Assembly: GCA_021613535.1 (NCBI GenBank)
Contig: CP075496.1
Coordinates: forward strand, 10,354,001 to 10,418,000
Length of the DNA stretch: 64,000 nt
DNA from: Adineta vaga
Lineage: Eukaryota; Animalia; Rotifera
Reading direction: 5' to 3'
Part shown: piece after piece, positions 44,737 to 57,980 of the stretch
How the letters are laid out: each line of letters begins with the position of its first letter
Position numbering within the stretch: the stretch's first letter is position 1
The notes under the pieces: model-generated
Database searches by the model: none
What the model saw: the letters and a program-made list of their open reading frames with translations, nothing else
What the model was told of the DNA's origin: nothing
Made by a program: the position numbers and the translations under genes

Positions 44737-45692
44737 TTTTAAAGTCAAAAAGAAAACGGATGAAGATATGAAACTAAGAATAAGATATCTAAAAACAACG
44801 AGTGTAATGATTTCTAGTTAAGTTAAGATCGGCAATAATTTTCCACGAAAATAGTCTAAACAAACAGAAAGAGACAGAAGAGATCTGACTGATCTACTCT
44901 ACTCCATCTGTGATTGGAATGACAAACAGCTGGTGAAATGAACAACCAATATACATTTTTGCTTTTCTTTTTGTGAGAGAAAGTGTGCCATTTTTATTTT
45001 TAATGTTGAGAAAAATATTTTGTTGATGAGGAAACAAAAATATCTGATCTCATATCAGATGTCGCTAGTATGAAATGGTTATTGATCAATGGGTCCATGG
45101 TTACACAAATAAATTGATTGCAAAAGAAAATTAAAACAATTGAGATCATATCGTAAATTATTGAATTGTTGAGGGCAATATTGAAACATGGTATTGACCA
45201 TGAAAAGAATGCAACTGTGCTACTACAAATACATTATGGATCCTTCGACTTTCTTACACTAGTTCTTGTACCATTATATTTCGTATATCAGTTATGTTGA
45301 TCATAGCGTTAGAATTATATTACTGCAATTACTAAATATAAACACTTCAATTTGATCTGAAATTGCATTCAGCAAAAAAATAGGAATTCTATCAATATCA
45401 CTCGTTTTATTCATTGAGAAAAGTTTGTACTTTCTCCTCCTGAGTCTTATTATAAAATAATAAAATACTAGAATTTACAACTAAAATGCACCTTTGTTTA
45501 AAAAAAAGAAGTTTATTTAGTATCTAACTGAACTGTCAATCTCTTTTCATTCTGACCAATCTTAATAGACGATTGTATGTCCCTCTATGAAAAAATGTTC
45601 TGAAACTAGGTAACCATTCTACAAAGTAAATTTCAATGGCACATGAATCATGTTTTCTATGAGAAATTAATATTGATAAATTTTATTTAAAA

Positions 45693-48600
45693 ATGGATCC
45701 AAACGATGAAATAGATCTTGATAAACTTATTCAAGAAGAACTTGATGCAATTACTCTCGATGGTTCACTTGAAGATGCTGATGATGAAGATAATGATAAG
45801 GAGGAAATGGATACAAAACCACTCGAACGTGAACAAGTTTTAAATGCAAGTCGACGAAATTTAGAAGAAGAAATGCACGAAAGATTAGCAGCCTTTGAAA
45901 AAGAAATACAACTAAATCTTAATCGATGTGAAATTGATTTTACAGAAATTGATGAGTTATTGCAAAAACCAGTTGGAGAAAGTGAAAAAGAAATTCAAAC
46001 GAATGTTGCACGTCATTGTGGAATTGAACGAGAAGAATTAGATCGCGTAAATTATTTAATTGTTCTACATAGAAATCGAAATATATTCTATTTAGATTCT
46101 TGAAAGTATCAATACAGAACAATTACCATCTGATTCAATCATACAGTCCGATTCTGACGATGATGATCATGATGAACGTCATAAAATTGAAATTCTCAAA
46201 CGAAGTATACAACCTATGGAAACTGTTGAAGTAAGATTAATACTCGATTTGGGTTGTTTTTTTTTCTGTTTGATGAAAAAATCGATGTTATTTTAGTCTG
46301 TTGAACCAACTCCTCGTGAACAAGAAGATCCAAATAAGAAATTATATGATGAACGTTTAATTGAGTCTCATCAACGAATGCTTGATGAATTAGCACTACT
46401 TGAACAACGACGAAAAGTAATTTGAATGAATTGTTTACTTTTTATAACATGATTATTTGTGATATTTAGGAAGAAGAAGAACGTTATGCTGTTGTACTTC
46501 AAGAACAACAAGTTCGTTTAGCTGAAGAATATCGTCGTTTACAAGTTTGACATTTTGTTTTTTTCATTCTTGCATCTCGTCAGCGATTCATTTCTCTGTG
46601 ATTAGGAAACTCTTGATGAAAATGCTCGTCAAGCTAAAAATGAAAAGCTTCAATTCGAAAATCTTTGTCGTGAACAAGAACGTTTAACAAATGAACGACA
46701 AAATAAAGTGGCTACTATTATTCAAGCATGGTATCGAGGAAGACGGTAAATTGTTTGTTTATTCTAGTCAGAAAATGACAAAAATTCGAATTCTTAGTGT
46801 TTATCATCGATATCACAAAGAAATAGCAAAACGAGTTGAACCAACATTAAAATCGATTGCGAAAAAACGAAAGAGAAAAGAACAAATTGAAATGGCTAAT
46901 GCTGCTAAAGTGGCTAAAACCCAACGAATAGATGCAAATGAAAAAGAAAATCAACGTCAAATTGAAATAACTAAATTACTATTACCATCAAATAATCGAA
47001 TCTCATCTCCATTGATAGATGTTGGTAGTAAACAAATAAGTCAAGAACAAAAACTTCCTCCATTACTGTCAACAGGTATGACACGAATCAATCTATAGAA
47101 CGATCAATATTGATTTTGTTTTCTTATTATAGAGCAACCTGCTCTATCAACAGAAGAGTCAACAAAGAAAAAGAAAATAACTATTAAACAAACGTCGAAG
47201 TTTGTTAACTCATAAAACCTATTTTTTGTTTATTTCTATCAATTTTATTCATAGTATTCCTTCGCCTGTAACTCAAATTCTTCAACTTGAAGATCCATCT
47301 GATTTCATACCAACTGTCTTTCCCGACGAATCAAATGCTTTCACATCTGATCACAATCCAAGTCACATTCATCGAACATCTTCACCAATTCAATCAAAAC
47401 AACAACGATTAAAATCACCAAATAAACGATTACCTCCTACAAGAATAGAACTTATACAAACATCAATGAGCACAAAGTAATGCATTTACACAAAACAAAC
47501 ATTGAAAAATATTTATTAAAAAATCTAATATCTCGTTTAGAAATATTTCTTCAACTAAAAAACCTGTGTCAACTAATAAGCAACTTACTATGATTCCAGT
47601 TAAAGCGAATAATACTCATATATCAAATAATGTGACGAATCTTTCAACATCATTAGCACGTTCAAATACATTTGATAAAAGTATTGAAAGTCCAATATCA
47701 CCATCAATTGAAAATATTTCGATTGCTTCATCATTAACAAGATCAAAGACATTCGATAAAGAAATGGAAAATTTTCAAAGACCTTCTATTGAACGAATTT
47801 CTACAGCAAGATCGATTGATTCAACTTCATCAGCAACGATAAAACGATCGAATACATTTGTCAACAAATCCACAACTACGTTATTACGAATCGGAAGTAT
47901 TTCACCTAGAAAATCGACGAATTTGACTCCATCAGTAATGGAATGTAAACCAATATCTGTTGAAAATATCGTACCAGTAAAAACAATTGAAATTGTGCCA
48001 ACACAAACTGTGAAAAATTCTGAACAATCAATGGACAGTTCAAAACTTGTTTTTTCATTTGATGAAAAAGTTCCTACTATGAAATCTACAGATCCATTAC
48101 CAATCGATTCTATAAAATCTTCAAAGTCTACTGAAACAGTAGCAATTAAACCGACTCGTCCTGTCACACCTAAAATATCAACACCACGTCAAAAACCATC
48201 TGTCGAAGAAAAATCTTCTACGCAAGCAGTCTATCCATTCTTAAATGATGCTCGACGTTGGGCTGAACATACTCGTGATATGACTTATTCGAATCTAATT
48301 CGTTCGACTGAAGAATTAAATCAACAAATACCAACACGTAAAATGGGTGCTAGTATTCGAAAATTACCTGATATTGATTCTCAATTATTGACAAAAGCAG
48401 CAAAGAATCAATCTCCAAAAGAGGTATACATAACATTTTAAATTCGATTTTTTAAAGATTATATACGATTTAATATGTTTTGAAAACGAAATGAATTTTA
48501 CATTTTTAGCTTCGTTACTTACTATTGGACAAACTTATTACTCCTTGTTCTCTATCATTAATTGGTATTACTTACCCAAATTTAACTCATCTCACACTTC

Positions 48601-51041
48601 GTCAGTGTAAACTTGTTCAATTGACTGGTTTAGAATCATGTTCATCACTGATGATTCTTGATCTCGAGGTAAAAAAGAAAACAATTTTTTATTTGATCTT
48701 CAATCTAAACGAGAAAAACAATCTTCTTCAATATAGGGCAATTGGCTTGAACAGGTTCATATTCAATTAAATCATTTACAATATCTAAATTTATCTCGTA
48801 ATCGTCTTACATCCCTTCTTTCCATGCAAACTCCACTGTTAAAATATCTTGATGTTTCAAAAAATCGTCTTACACGTTTGAATGGTATCGAAACATTATC
48901 CAATCTTAATATTCTTCTCGCTACAAGTAATCAATTGTTAACTTCGATCGGCCTACAAGGTTGTACACATTTATTACATATTGATTTATCGGATAATCAT
49001 CTCGTTGAAATGGAACAAATTGAACAATGTCCATTATTGATTATATTAAAAGCAACTTCAAATGCTTTGATTCAACTTCCTAATCTTTTAAATACTATTC
49101 TATTAAATGAACTTGATCTTTCATCGAATAGTTTAACTTCATTTGATGAATTATCAGCAGGTTCATGGTTACCATTTCTTACACATCTTCGTTTATCTAG
49201 TAATAATTTACAAGAATTATCATCAATCAAATTACCAGCATTGAATGAACTTGATTTAGGATTTAATCAACTTTCCGGTAAAGATATATAAATATGTTAT
49301 TGATTGATCTTGTTATTTATGCTTTTCTCTAGATGCATCGATGATAAAACGTTTCATCAAAACTTGTTCATCATTATCTCGACTTAATTTAGAACAAAAT
49401 CCTGTTCTATGTGATATCGATGAAACATCATTAATTGAAAAGAAATCTTTAAAAACTCCAATATCATTATTACCACAATTTTCTACTAGTAAATCATCTG
49501 AATCAATTCAATTGTATCTAACATTTTTATCGAATATAACTTCAATGTTTATAAAACTTCGTCAAACAGTTGAACAATATCGTACTGAACCATTTCATTT
49601 ACTTAAACTAATTCAAAATCAATGTCAACAATATTATGAGCAGAAAAAAATTGAACCAATTGAAATATCCGAAGTGATCAATTCATCTACTGAACCTAAA
49701 GGTAGATAAAATTGCCGAATAATAACAATTAATTCTCTAAATTTGTTTAGTTTTATCACCAAATGAACGAAGTATTGTTCGATTACAAGCACATTGGCGT
49801 CGAAAATTAGTCGAACAGAAATTAAATAAACAAAATCAAGCAGCACAAAAGATCCAAGCGCGTTGGCGTGGTTATGTGGTTCGACAACGTATGCGTAATG
49901 TACGGCGTTTTCATAGTTCACAACACCAGACATTTGATGAGATTGATTTAACTCAATTTGAGTTTGATGAAGTAAGCTATCTTTTGTTTGTTTTATTTTC
50001 TTACGAAGATTAATTGAATAATGTGATAGGCTGCTTTTGATGCTCGTTTTCAACGACCACCGACACCATCTAATCGTATTCGACATGTTTGGCAATCTCA
50101 AAATGGAATTCTACCAAATCCAATTGGAGTCACTGAATTGCCTCGTCCAAATTCTGGTCGTTCATCATCTGCAGCATCATCACGTGCAAAACCTCTTGTT
50201 GAACCATTAGATATGTCAACACGACCTCATATGATGACAAATGAATGGGGTTTTACACCCTCGAGTACAACGGCAGCTTTAATGTTAAAACGTGCACAGA
50301 AAATGAAATGGAATGCAGAACGAAGACAAAAACGACAGCATATGGGTTTGTTTTTGAAATCTTTCTTTGTACATGCCATCAGTTTAGCTGTTTTTTTCTT
50401 CTCTAGATGCTTATCAACGTTTACAAATGGCTCGAAATAATGAACAACCACCTGGTTCACTTCGATTAGCTCGACGTAATCACTCATTAACAAATACAAC
50501 CAAACCACTCGCACAAACACAAAGTTTGATAGAATATAAGTTGAAAAACAAATCAATCGTTATATTTTTATGTTCTAGCTGTTAATAATCCACCTGTTGT
50601 TGCTCCACCACGTGCTAATCGTGTCTATGAATGGGTACATACTCAAGTAGCTCGTATTGATGAGTAAGCGATTGTTTTTCAATCGAAAAAGAGATGTCTT
50701 ATCATAATATCATAGTTCGGGACTACCAAATACAAATAGTCCAAGATATGATCGAAAACGTTTACCAAGTCTTGATGGTTCCACAGAATCTTTTAATGTA
50801 AATATTTGAATTATATTTTTTCAAGACATTTAACGACTGATTTTCTAGCGTATGCGTTCGAACGAAGTTTTACAACAACAACAACAGCAGCAGCAGCAGC
50901 AAAATCGATGGAATGCATCATCCAGTAAAAATATGATTTATTTCTAAGAATAAACAATGATTCTATTTTACTGTTTTAGTATCGATTCGTCAACCACCAC
51001 CATTATTACCACCAATCAATGGGCAAGCTCCACGTCTTTAA
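45693..51041 (+). CDS. LRRIQ1: Leucine-rich repeat and IQ domain-containing protein 1
   Basis: Acidic N-terminus LDKLIQEELD; IQ motifs IIQAWYRG, RLQAHWRR, KIQARWRG; LRR block ~48510-49400 (LxxLxLxxNxL); C-terminal EWGF...TAALMLKRAQKMK. Many short introns. Confidence 0.85.
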
Positions 51042-51659
51042 CTATACATATGATAAACAGTGTCAGATTTGAAGATTTATGAGTTGTTTTATAAATAAAA
51101 TATATTTGAACATATAATGATTTATACGAAAAGTGATCTCTTATTTTAATATTCACATGATGATTTTGTTTTATGAAAGAACACGATAGAAAATGATACT
51201 TAGATAATCTTCAATGTTTCTTGTACAAAAATAGATTTCGTAATATGGAACGATTAGTATGTATGGCTATATAATGCATATGAACGAACAACTATTTAAG
51301 ATAAAGCAAAATACAGCTCATCCGATAGTAACGCAGTAGGATTTTGTTGAGATTGTGAAAATAAAATATATTATTAATAATATGTATATGTATCTTATTG
51401 TAATTTGAAAGTATTTCGAGAACATCACTCGAACGCCATGACTATGAAAGTGTATTTATAACTTAATATTATGGTATGTTCTTGTTTTTATTCATTATAT
51501 TTATATAAGACTTCTACAAAACTGTTTAACGTACACACACAATATCAATATAATATCGATTCTCATTCTTTAGAAAGTTTTCCAATTATTATTTTAATTC
51601 GCAGTTAAACTGGTTCAAATTACTGATGATTTTGGATTGATATATAACTAAATACAAAA

Positions 51660-52690
51660 CAAATCATACTCGGCCAAGTGCATCTAGTAGCTGATCAATT
51701 TTATCCGGAAAAAATTCTATTCCATTATAATATTTTGATTGCATTAAGTTATCCCGTTGATCGAGTCGTTCCAATTCATTTGCTCTGCCAAAACCTTCGA
51801 ACAAACAAACAAACAAACAAACATTTCTATACTAAACAATCCAGATAATATTAACATACCTATCTAATCTTTAAATCAATGAAACATAAATAAAAAGATC
51901 TGTTGATCTTCTTCTTCACGTAACGCTTTTTGATCACGAACAATACGAAAACTTTCATTAATAATTGTTAAAAACATACTGATACAAACGAACACAACTA
52001 ATATGATAAATAAACTAAAGTAAAATGAACCAAAAAATGTATTAATCGTACCAAAAAAACAACAAAATGCAAGTAAACTTGTAAATAGTTCATTGATATA
52101 AACAAATCCATTAGTCTTTTCAAACAAATCACTGATACGTCGTAATTCTTGATATCGCCAGACATATATACAAACGCTAGTCCATGGACAAACAATAATA
52201 CCAAGATCAATAAATGACCAAAATCTTCGTAAATAACTTAATTTTAGTTCTAGAAATAATTGAATTTCATGAAACATTGAATAGATGATAAATATCATGT
52301 AGAATATTGTACAAATCAATTGAACAATCGAGGTAATCACTAAACGAAGGGAAATGATAGACAATTAAATATCTATTTAGTTTGAATATGAAGAAAACTG
52401 TTTTTCTCTGCATAATTAATAATTTAATTTGAAAAGAAATTGGTTGAATATTCATTTGTATTTCAATATCTCCAGTTGATAAAAATTCTACTAAAAAGTT
52501 AACTAAAGTAAACAATTTTGAATTAGGATTGTACAAATTGATCTGAATAATCATGGCTCCTGTTTGCCTATCGTCCATGATAGTTGTTGAAGAAGAGTGC
52601 TCTTTCCTTTAAGATCATTTAGTCGACCACGAAATTCATAAATATATCCACCACTGTTATATGTCGCATGTTTACCAAAATTTATGTATG
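51660..52690 (-). pseudogene. Polycystin (PKD1-like/PKDREJ family) channel-domain remnant
   Basis: TYNSGGYIYEFRG, INLYNPN...VEFLSTG, FWSFIDLGII, FFGTI, SMFLTIINESF, FPDKIDQLLDAL. It is 5'-truncated, has a frameshift at ~52575, lacks the segment expected between FFGTI and FFGSFYF, and has a premature TGA at 51876. Confidence 0.75.
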
Positions 52691-53209
52691 TTCAAGTGAT
52701 TAATTATCGTTTAAGAATATCTAGGTTGATAGCTCACTTTCTCGTAATAATTCACAACTTATGAAATATAAATTATTGGTTTGGTTATTTATACAGATTA
52801 TGCGTTCCTACTTCATTACATATAGCTTGAGCTGATCAACAAATCTTACTCACTCATCATGCTGAAGTCCTTTCATTAGTTGTCAAACCACAGACAAGTG
52901 AACGACATACATTAAAATTGATGAATACACATTATAAAAGTAATTAGTCTGTTGGATTTTTAGTAGATAATAGAACTTGTTAAATATACTTGTGCTTGAG
53001 AGCTGAGAAAATAAAGATCATTAATACAATTTTATCTTACTTATTCATCAATAATCTCAATAAAGTTTTCGATCTGGAAGATAATTCACATATGTTTTCT
53101 ACTACAACATATTCAATGTGATTGATAAAAAAATCTCGATGATTTTCGGCCCAACGCATGGTCAAGAAGAGTGGAATTTTCATAATCGTTCCAATGATGT
53201 GAAATGATT

Positions 53210-53562
53210 ATCAGTGTGAAGCTAGCATCATGAAACTAAGAGTTTTGTGAAAATGAATTCCCGTCGATAAAACCGAGTCTGTTCGATGTAGAATCAAATT
53301 CTGCGTCGAACGGACTCTTTTCCATGGACGGGAATTCATTCTGGGGAGAGAAATTACATGCCGAATGTCGTATAATGACGCATATACATGTATAGAAGAC
53401 AAATAAAGATCAAAGAAAACGTTTTCCCGTGAATGAAAATGTCACGATTCGACTCAGAATCAAATTCTGCATCGAACAGACTCGGTTTTATCGATGGGAA
53501 TTCATTTTTACAAAACTCTTAGTTTCATGGTGCTAGCTTCGTGGTGCTAGCTTCACACTGAT
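53210..53562. mobile_element. MITE/foldback-type non-autonomous DNA element with ~100-bp inverted repeats
   Basis: Left arm 53212-53310 (CAGTGTGAAGCTAGCATCATGAAACTAAGAGTTTTGT...) is the reverse complement of right arm 53448-53560, which carries a 13-nt duplication of TGGTGCTAGCTTC. Ends are CAGTG...CACTG, flanked by AT on both sides. Confidence 0.85.
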
Positions 53563-53569
53563 TTTCAAA

Positions 53570-53720
53570 CTGAGTGTTTTTGGGCAGAACCCTTTTGTAG
53601 TTCAGAATTGTTGCTCAGAACCTTTCTTGGTTTCTCATATGTCATACAGAACTTTTTCTGGTCTGGAGATGTTGCAGAACCCAAAAAGGTTTTGGAACAC
53701 TCCTTTTCTTCTTTCAGAGG
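53570..53720. repeat. Cluster of dispersed CAGAAC(C) motifs, probable transposon subterminal remnant
   Basis: CAGAACCC, CAGAACCT, CAGAACTT, CAGAACCC and GGAACAC recur at ~25-30 nt spacing next to the MITE. Confidence 0.4.
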
Positions 53721-54097
53721 ATAGATAGAAACAATTAATATCATTATATTTATCAAATTTACGTATTTTTAATGTTCGACTAGTACCGATCGGTCTCCAG
53801 AAAGAGAATAACTAAATCTCGATTTCTGGGCATATTTTTTGACAAGTCTCAAAATAGTTTCGAGAGTGGTTGTCAGTAAAATTGATGTATTTTTTTATTC
53901 GTTCAACCAGATGCGCTAAAATTTGGATCTCGAGGTTTTCAATGATGCTGAACAAAATCAAAACATAGAATCAAGAAAAGAAATTTTGACGAGTGTTTCT
54001 TCTCTTTAAGAGAGTTTTTTAAAGAATATAGATGCGTTAATCATCATTATAGTTCTTTCGGAGAGGGATCAGCGAATTCTACGGATGAGCGTTACTT

Positions 54098-54545
54098 GTT
54101 GTTTATATGATTACAAATCTTATTTATATTGATTTTACTGCAGTTTTAACTGTATTTGCTGGTTATGAAATGGATTTTGCAACAAAATTGACAATTTCTT
54201 GTTCTTTTCAAATGTATTTAAGTTATGTATTTACAGCAATTCCATCATATTTACTTATAATGGCATCATTAGATCGAATGTTTATTTCATCATCAAATGT
54301 ACAAATTCGTCAACGAAGTAACAAACGTTTTGCTCTGTTAATAATCATTTTAATTTGTATATTTTGGATCTTATTTCATCTTCATGCATTTTTCTTTTCT
54401 GAAATTCAATTAGTCTATGGAGTTCGTCTTAGTTGTACCACATGTTCAGGTATTCCATCAAGTTTTATATCTTATTATGGATTAATCAATGCAATTATTC
54501 CAACAACATTAATGAGTTTATTTGAAATTCAAACATTAAGAAATA
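54098..54545 (+). pseudogene. Rhodopsin-class orphan GPCR fragment (approximately TM2-TM5)
   Basis: CSFQMYLSYVF...LLIMASLDRMFISSSNVQIRQRSNKRFA...IFWILFHLH...C...IIPTTLMSLF. There is no TM1, and the frame runs into a TA-CAGTG transposon end at 54544. Confidence 0.7.
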
Positions 54546-55278
54546 CAGTGAAATCTCTATTAATGAACATCTCCCTACTCTGAACATTGAACACTTTTCT
54601 GGTCCCTTCTATGTAAGAAAACCTCTGCATAATGAACATGCACCGAATAAACACGCTTTCTTGTATGCAATGAGAAGTAGGGATTGTCTAGCTGAAGTTC
54701 ATGGACTCTATTCAAATGAATTAGAAAACGTTTTGAAGAGTTAGTCTGAACAAACTGAACTTATTCAGCAACGCTTTTCAAAAGAAAAACTAAATTGTTT
54801 TAAAAGTTCAGCTTTAGGAACTGATCACTTTCATAGAACTACACAGGCCGCTTTGAAGATATTTTAATGAAGTTAAACCAATTCAGTTCGTCCAATCTAA
54901 CTTTTCTTAAAATTGAAGTTCGTGCCAAAAGCTATTTGAACAGTTAAGTTCTTAATAATGTACGTTTTAAACAGTTCATCTATTCGGATCTAAAATTGAA
55001 CTTTCCCAACTCCAAATAATGACATAAGAAAATAAGCTATACAATACAGTAATCACAAATCAAACTTGGAGAGATGAAAAAGACATTTTTTAATTTTATA
55101 TTGCTTGTCACAGATATCAATATAAAAAGAATATAGTACTCGTTATCATTTGTTTATGTTCATCGTACACTATATACATAAGCCTCGTTCAAAATGAAAC
55201 CTCCATAAGATGAACACCTCCTTTAATAAACATCTTTTACGCAGTCTCGCTAGTGTTCATCTAAGAGAGGTTTCACTG
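54546..55278. mobile_element. Tc1/mariner (pogo-like) non-autonomous element flanked by TA
   Basis: TA|CAGTGAAATCTCT at 54544 and AGAGGTTTCACTG|TA ending at 55280, with subterminal ATGAACA repeats. An internal GAAC/GTTC-rich block (~54678-55014) may be a second nested element. Confidence 0.7.
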
Positions 55279-55280
55279 TA

Positions 55281-55650
55281 TTTACATCGATAAAGAGACC
55301 AGCGCATTCTGCTTCCACATACATTACAGTTGTACCATTGGTCGTATTTAAAGCCGATTTCTCTAAACGCTTGTTAATCAAGCCATTATCAACATAAATA
55401 TCTCCATTACCAGTAACAAAGACACTGTATGGATAACGTAAGCCATTCGAAATATTCCTTGATGGATTGACATTTCCTTCAAACCATATTTGAGCAATAT
55501 TAAAATATAGTCCAGTAGAATAAATAGTATTGTTTGTATCGATAAATATACCTGCCGGAATTACACCAATGGTGGTATTGTCTGCAAATGTGGAACCATC
55601 TACTTCCCATGTTGCATATGGACTGAATTTCGGTTGATTGAAAGAAACAC
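55281..55650 (-). pseudogene. NHL-repeat (beta-propeller) protein fragment, 3'-truncated by the transposon
   Basis: After the acceptor at 55651: VSFNQPKFSPYATWEVDGSTFAD...PAGIFIDTNNTIY...LRYPYSVFVTGNGDIYVDNG...CAGLFIDVN. The sequence stops at the TA of the element. Confidence 0.75.
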
Positions 55651-55974
55651 CTGTGAAGAAAGATGGCTAAATTTTCTTTCATGCAACATTTTCCAATTTG
55701 ATAGTTATTAAACGAATTATATTGCAAGTTACGTAATTCAGTAGGTGATAGAGGCAAATTTTTGAACAAATATATCACAGACGATGTTAAATCTATATGT
55801 GTAGTTTGTTATGAAAAATATAGCATTTAACATAACATAGAATACTAAAGCAATTGTGATCTGATTGTGAAACATGCATAGGACAATTGATAGATCCACA
55901 AGTTATCCAAAACTAATACAAGAGGATCTGCTGTTGTACTCTTCTTCTATTCAGAAACAAAGCCATGCGTAAAG

Positions 55975-56036
55975 CCCATATAACGAATGATTTTTTCGGT
56001 TCCATTAGTGTTCCCATCAGAGAGGTTTTTACTGTA
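55975..56036. mobile_element. Additional right-hand TIR of a related Tc1/mariner-like element
   Basis: TAGTGTTCCCATCAGAGAGGTTTTTACTG|TA resembles TAGTGTTCATCTAAGAGAGGTTTCACTG|TA at 55251-55280. Confidence 0.55.
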
Positions 56037-57590
56037 TTTGTTCGTTTTTTTCAAAAAGTCTATAGCTGTATAAACTGAAATTCTTTGTCCATAAAAAGAG
56101 TATTAAAATATCGAATTTTTTATAAATAAATTTACCTATTTTAAAATTCAATTACGAAAAAGAACTTCTGCATTTATAGTCATGTCTCAAATGCATACGT
56201 CCTACCGAAGAATGTAAATAGTACGTATATGCTTCGGAAAAAAACTCAACTGTGTATATTTAATGCTGACTAAATTATCTACGGATATAAACATGTACTG
56301 AACATCGTATCGAAAACTACCGAAAGCACTTTCAAACTAACCATACTCAAACGATTAGTCATCAATCTAACACAAGCAGTAGGTCAACCAATTGCAATGG
56401 AACGGTGCTTTCTTCGATGGACAACATTCATGTCTCTTAACAACTTAAATATTTATCAAGAATACGAAAATTAGTTACATTGTGGAGTAGATGAACCTAT
56501 ACAAAAAGTACACAAATTATGAAACTTTTTATTCTTCTCTTCTGAAAAATATCCACTCACCAATCCTCGTTTTTTGTCGGTGTTTCCGGTCTCTAACAGT
56601 CTTTTCTCTCGAAGTTCATTGATTTCATAGATACATCCTACTCCATAATTAAACAATTACCTGTTGTTTGCTCGATACTATTCTTTTCATCCCAGTATTG
56701 AATATCCAAAATGAAAGATAACTTCTTCAAATAATGCTAGAGTATCGTACTACCAATGTGGAATGAAAAGGAGGCATGAAATGACAAGCCTTTATCAAGT
56801 TCTAACTTTCTTTATTTGTGTTTATTTTTAATATTACTTCGAACGTTTACAATACTATCGATCAAACAAGAATTTCAATTTCAAAATGTCAATAGGACCA
56901 CTTCCGGAACAATATACTCGAAAAATTAATAACGAGAAATTATTTATCCATTTGACAACAGCGTCTTCGCAGGCAAAATAGTAAACAAAAAGACGACGAG
57001 CAAGTATTTATCTATTCTATAATAAAAAATAGTTTCCTACGAGTAAAATCACTCGTAAACTGTACAACCTTTCGAATAATTTTTAAAAAAATCAATACTT
57101 TTTCAGTATGTCAATATAGATTATTAATGTATTTTCACCGGACTGATTTGACCTATTCATCTGTTCTTCTTTATAGTCGCGAAAACTATTGCATATGAAG
57201 CTACGAAATCATTACACAGAGTCTGATGAATATAGATACTTTCTTTTGTAAATATTCATACAGATCGGACAACAGTCTTCTCGTCATATTGACAAAAAAC
57301 AAATGACTTTTTCTTGAGAAAACAAAATAATGAAACGAGCTCCATTTTAATTAAAACTAGTCTGGAATCGATTTTTCTCGTTTTTAAGTAAAAACCATCA
57401 ATGTAATTTCTAATTATCATTGAATTTTAATAGAAAAATATCGTAATTCAACGACACCTATTGTTTAATATATCAAATGGTTTGCATACTATTGACAAAA
57501 TCTACTTTACTCCATGACCGTTTTTACATTTACGAATAGTCATTTTCTCTCTATATTTATCTCACGTTATATAACTGATCAAACATAAAC

Positions 57591-57875
57591 ATGTCGAAAA
57601 AAGCGGTTTGGAATGGTAAAACTCTTGCTGAAAGTGACGAAACAGTCGTTGTCGAAAGCAATTATTATTTTCCACCGGATTCAATTAAGAAGGAATTCTT
57701 CAAAGAATCCGATACTCATACAACATGTGGTTGGAAAGGTGTAGCATCGTATTATACAATTGTTGTTGATGGTAAAGAAAATAAAGATGCAGCTTGGTAT
57801 TATCCAGAAACAAAAGAAGCAGCCGATGAAATCAAAGGCTACATTGCATTTTGGAAAGGTGTTAAAATTGAATAA
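57591..57875 (+). CDS. DUF427 (NTP_transf_9) domain protein, intronless, bacterial/fungal type
   Basis: 94 aa: AVWNGKTLAESD..VVVESNYYFPPDS...THTTCGWKGVASYY..VDGKENKDAAWYYP...IKGYIAFWKGV. AAACATG start context and AATAAA signals downstream. Confidence 0.92.
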   Translation: MSKKAVWNGKTLAESDETVVVESNYYFPPDSIKKEFFKESDTHTTCGWKGVASYYTIVVDGKENKDAAWYYPETKEAADEIKGYIAFWKGVKIE

Positions 57876-57980
57876 AAAGCTTTTTGAAATTGAGTTTTTA
57901 TTTATCTGAATTAGTTATTTTCTCTGACATTATCAAATAAAATATCTATAGTACAAAAGAAGAAAGGAAACATAAACAAA

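Noticed and set aside
56180-56480. Coding-looking fragment in the junk island
   Set aside because: Interrupted by stops and not assignable to any family I recognise.
56955-57040. Helitron-like ends (weak hairpin before AATAGT; TCTATTCTATAATAAAA)
   Set aside because: The hairpin is degenerate, there is no CTAG terminus, and the ends are in the wrong order for one element.
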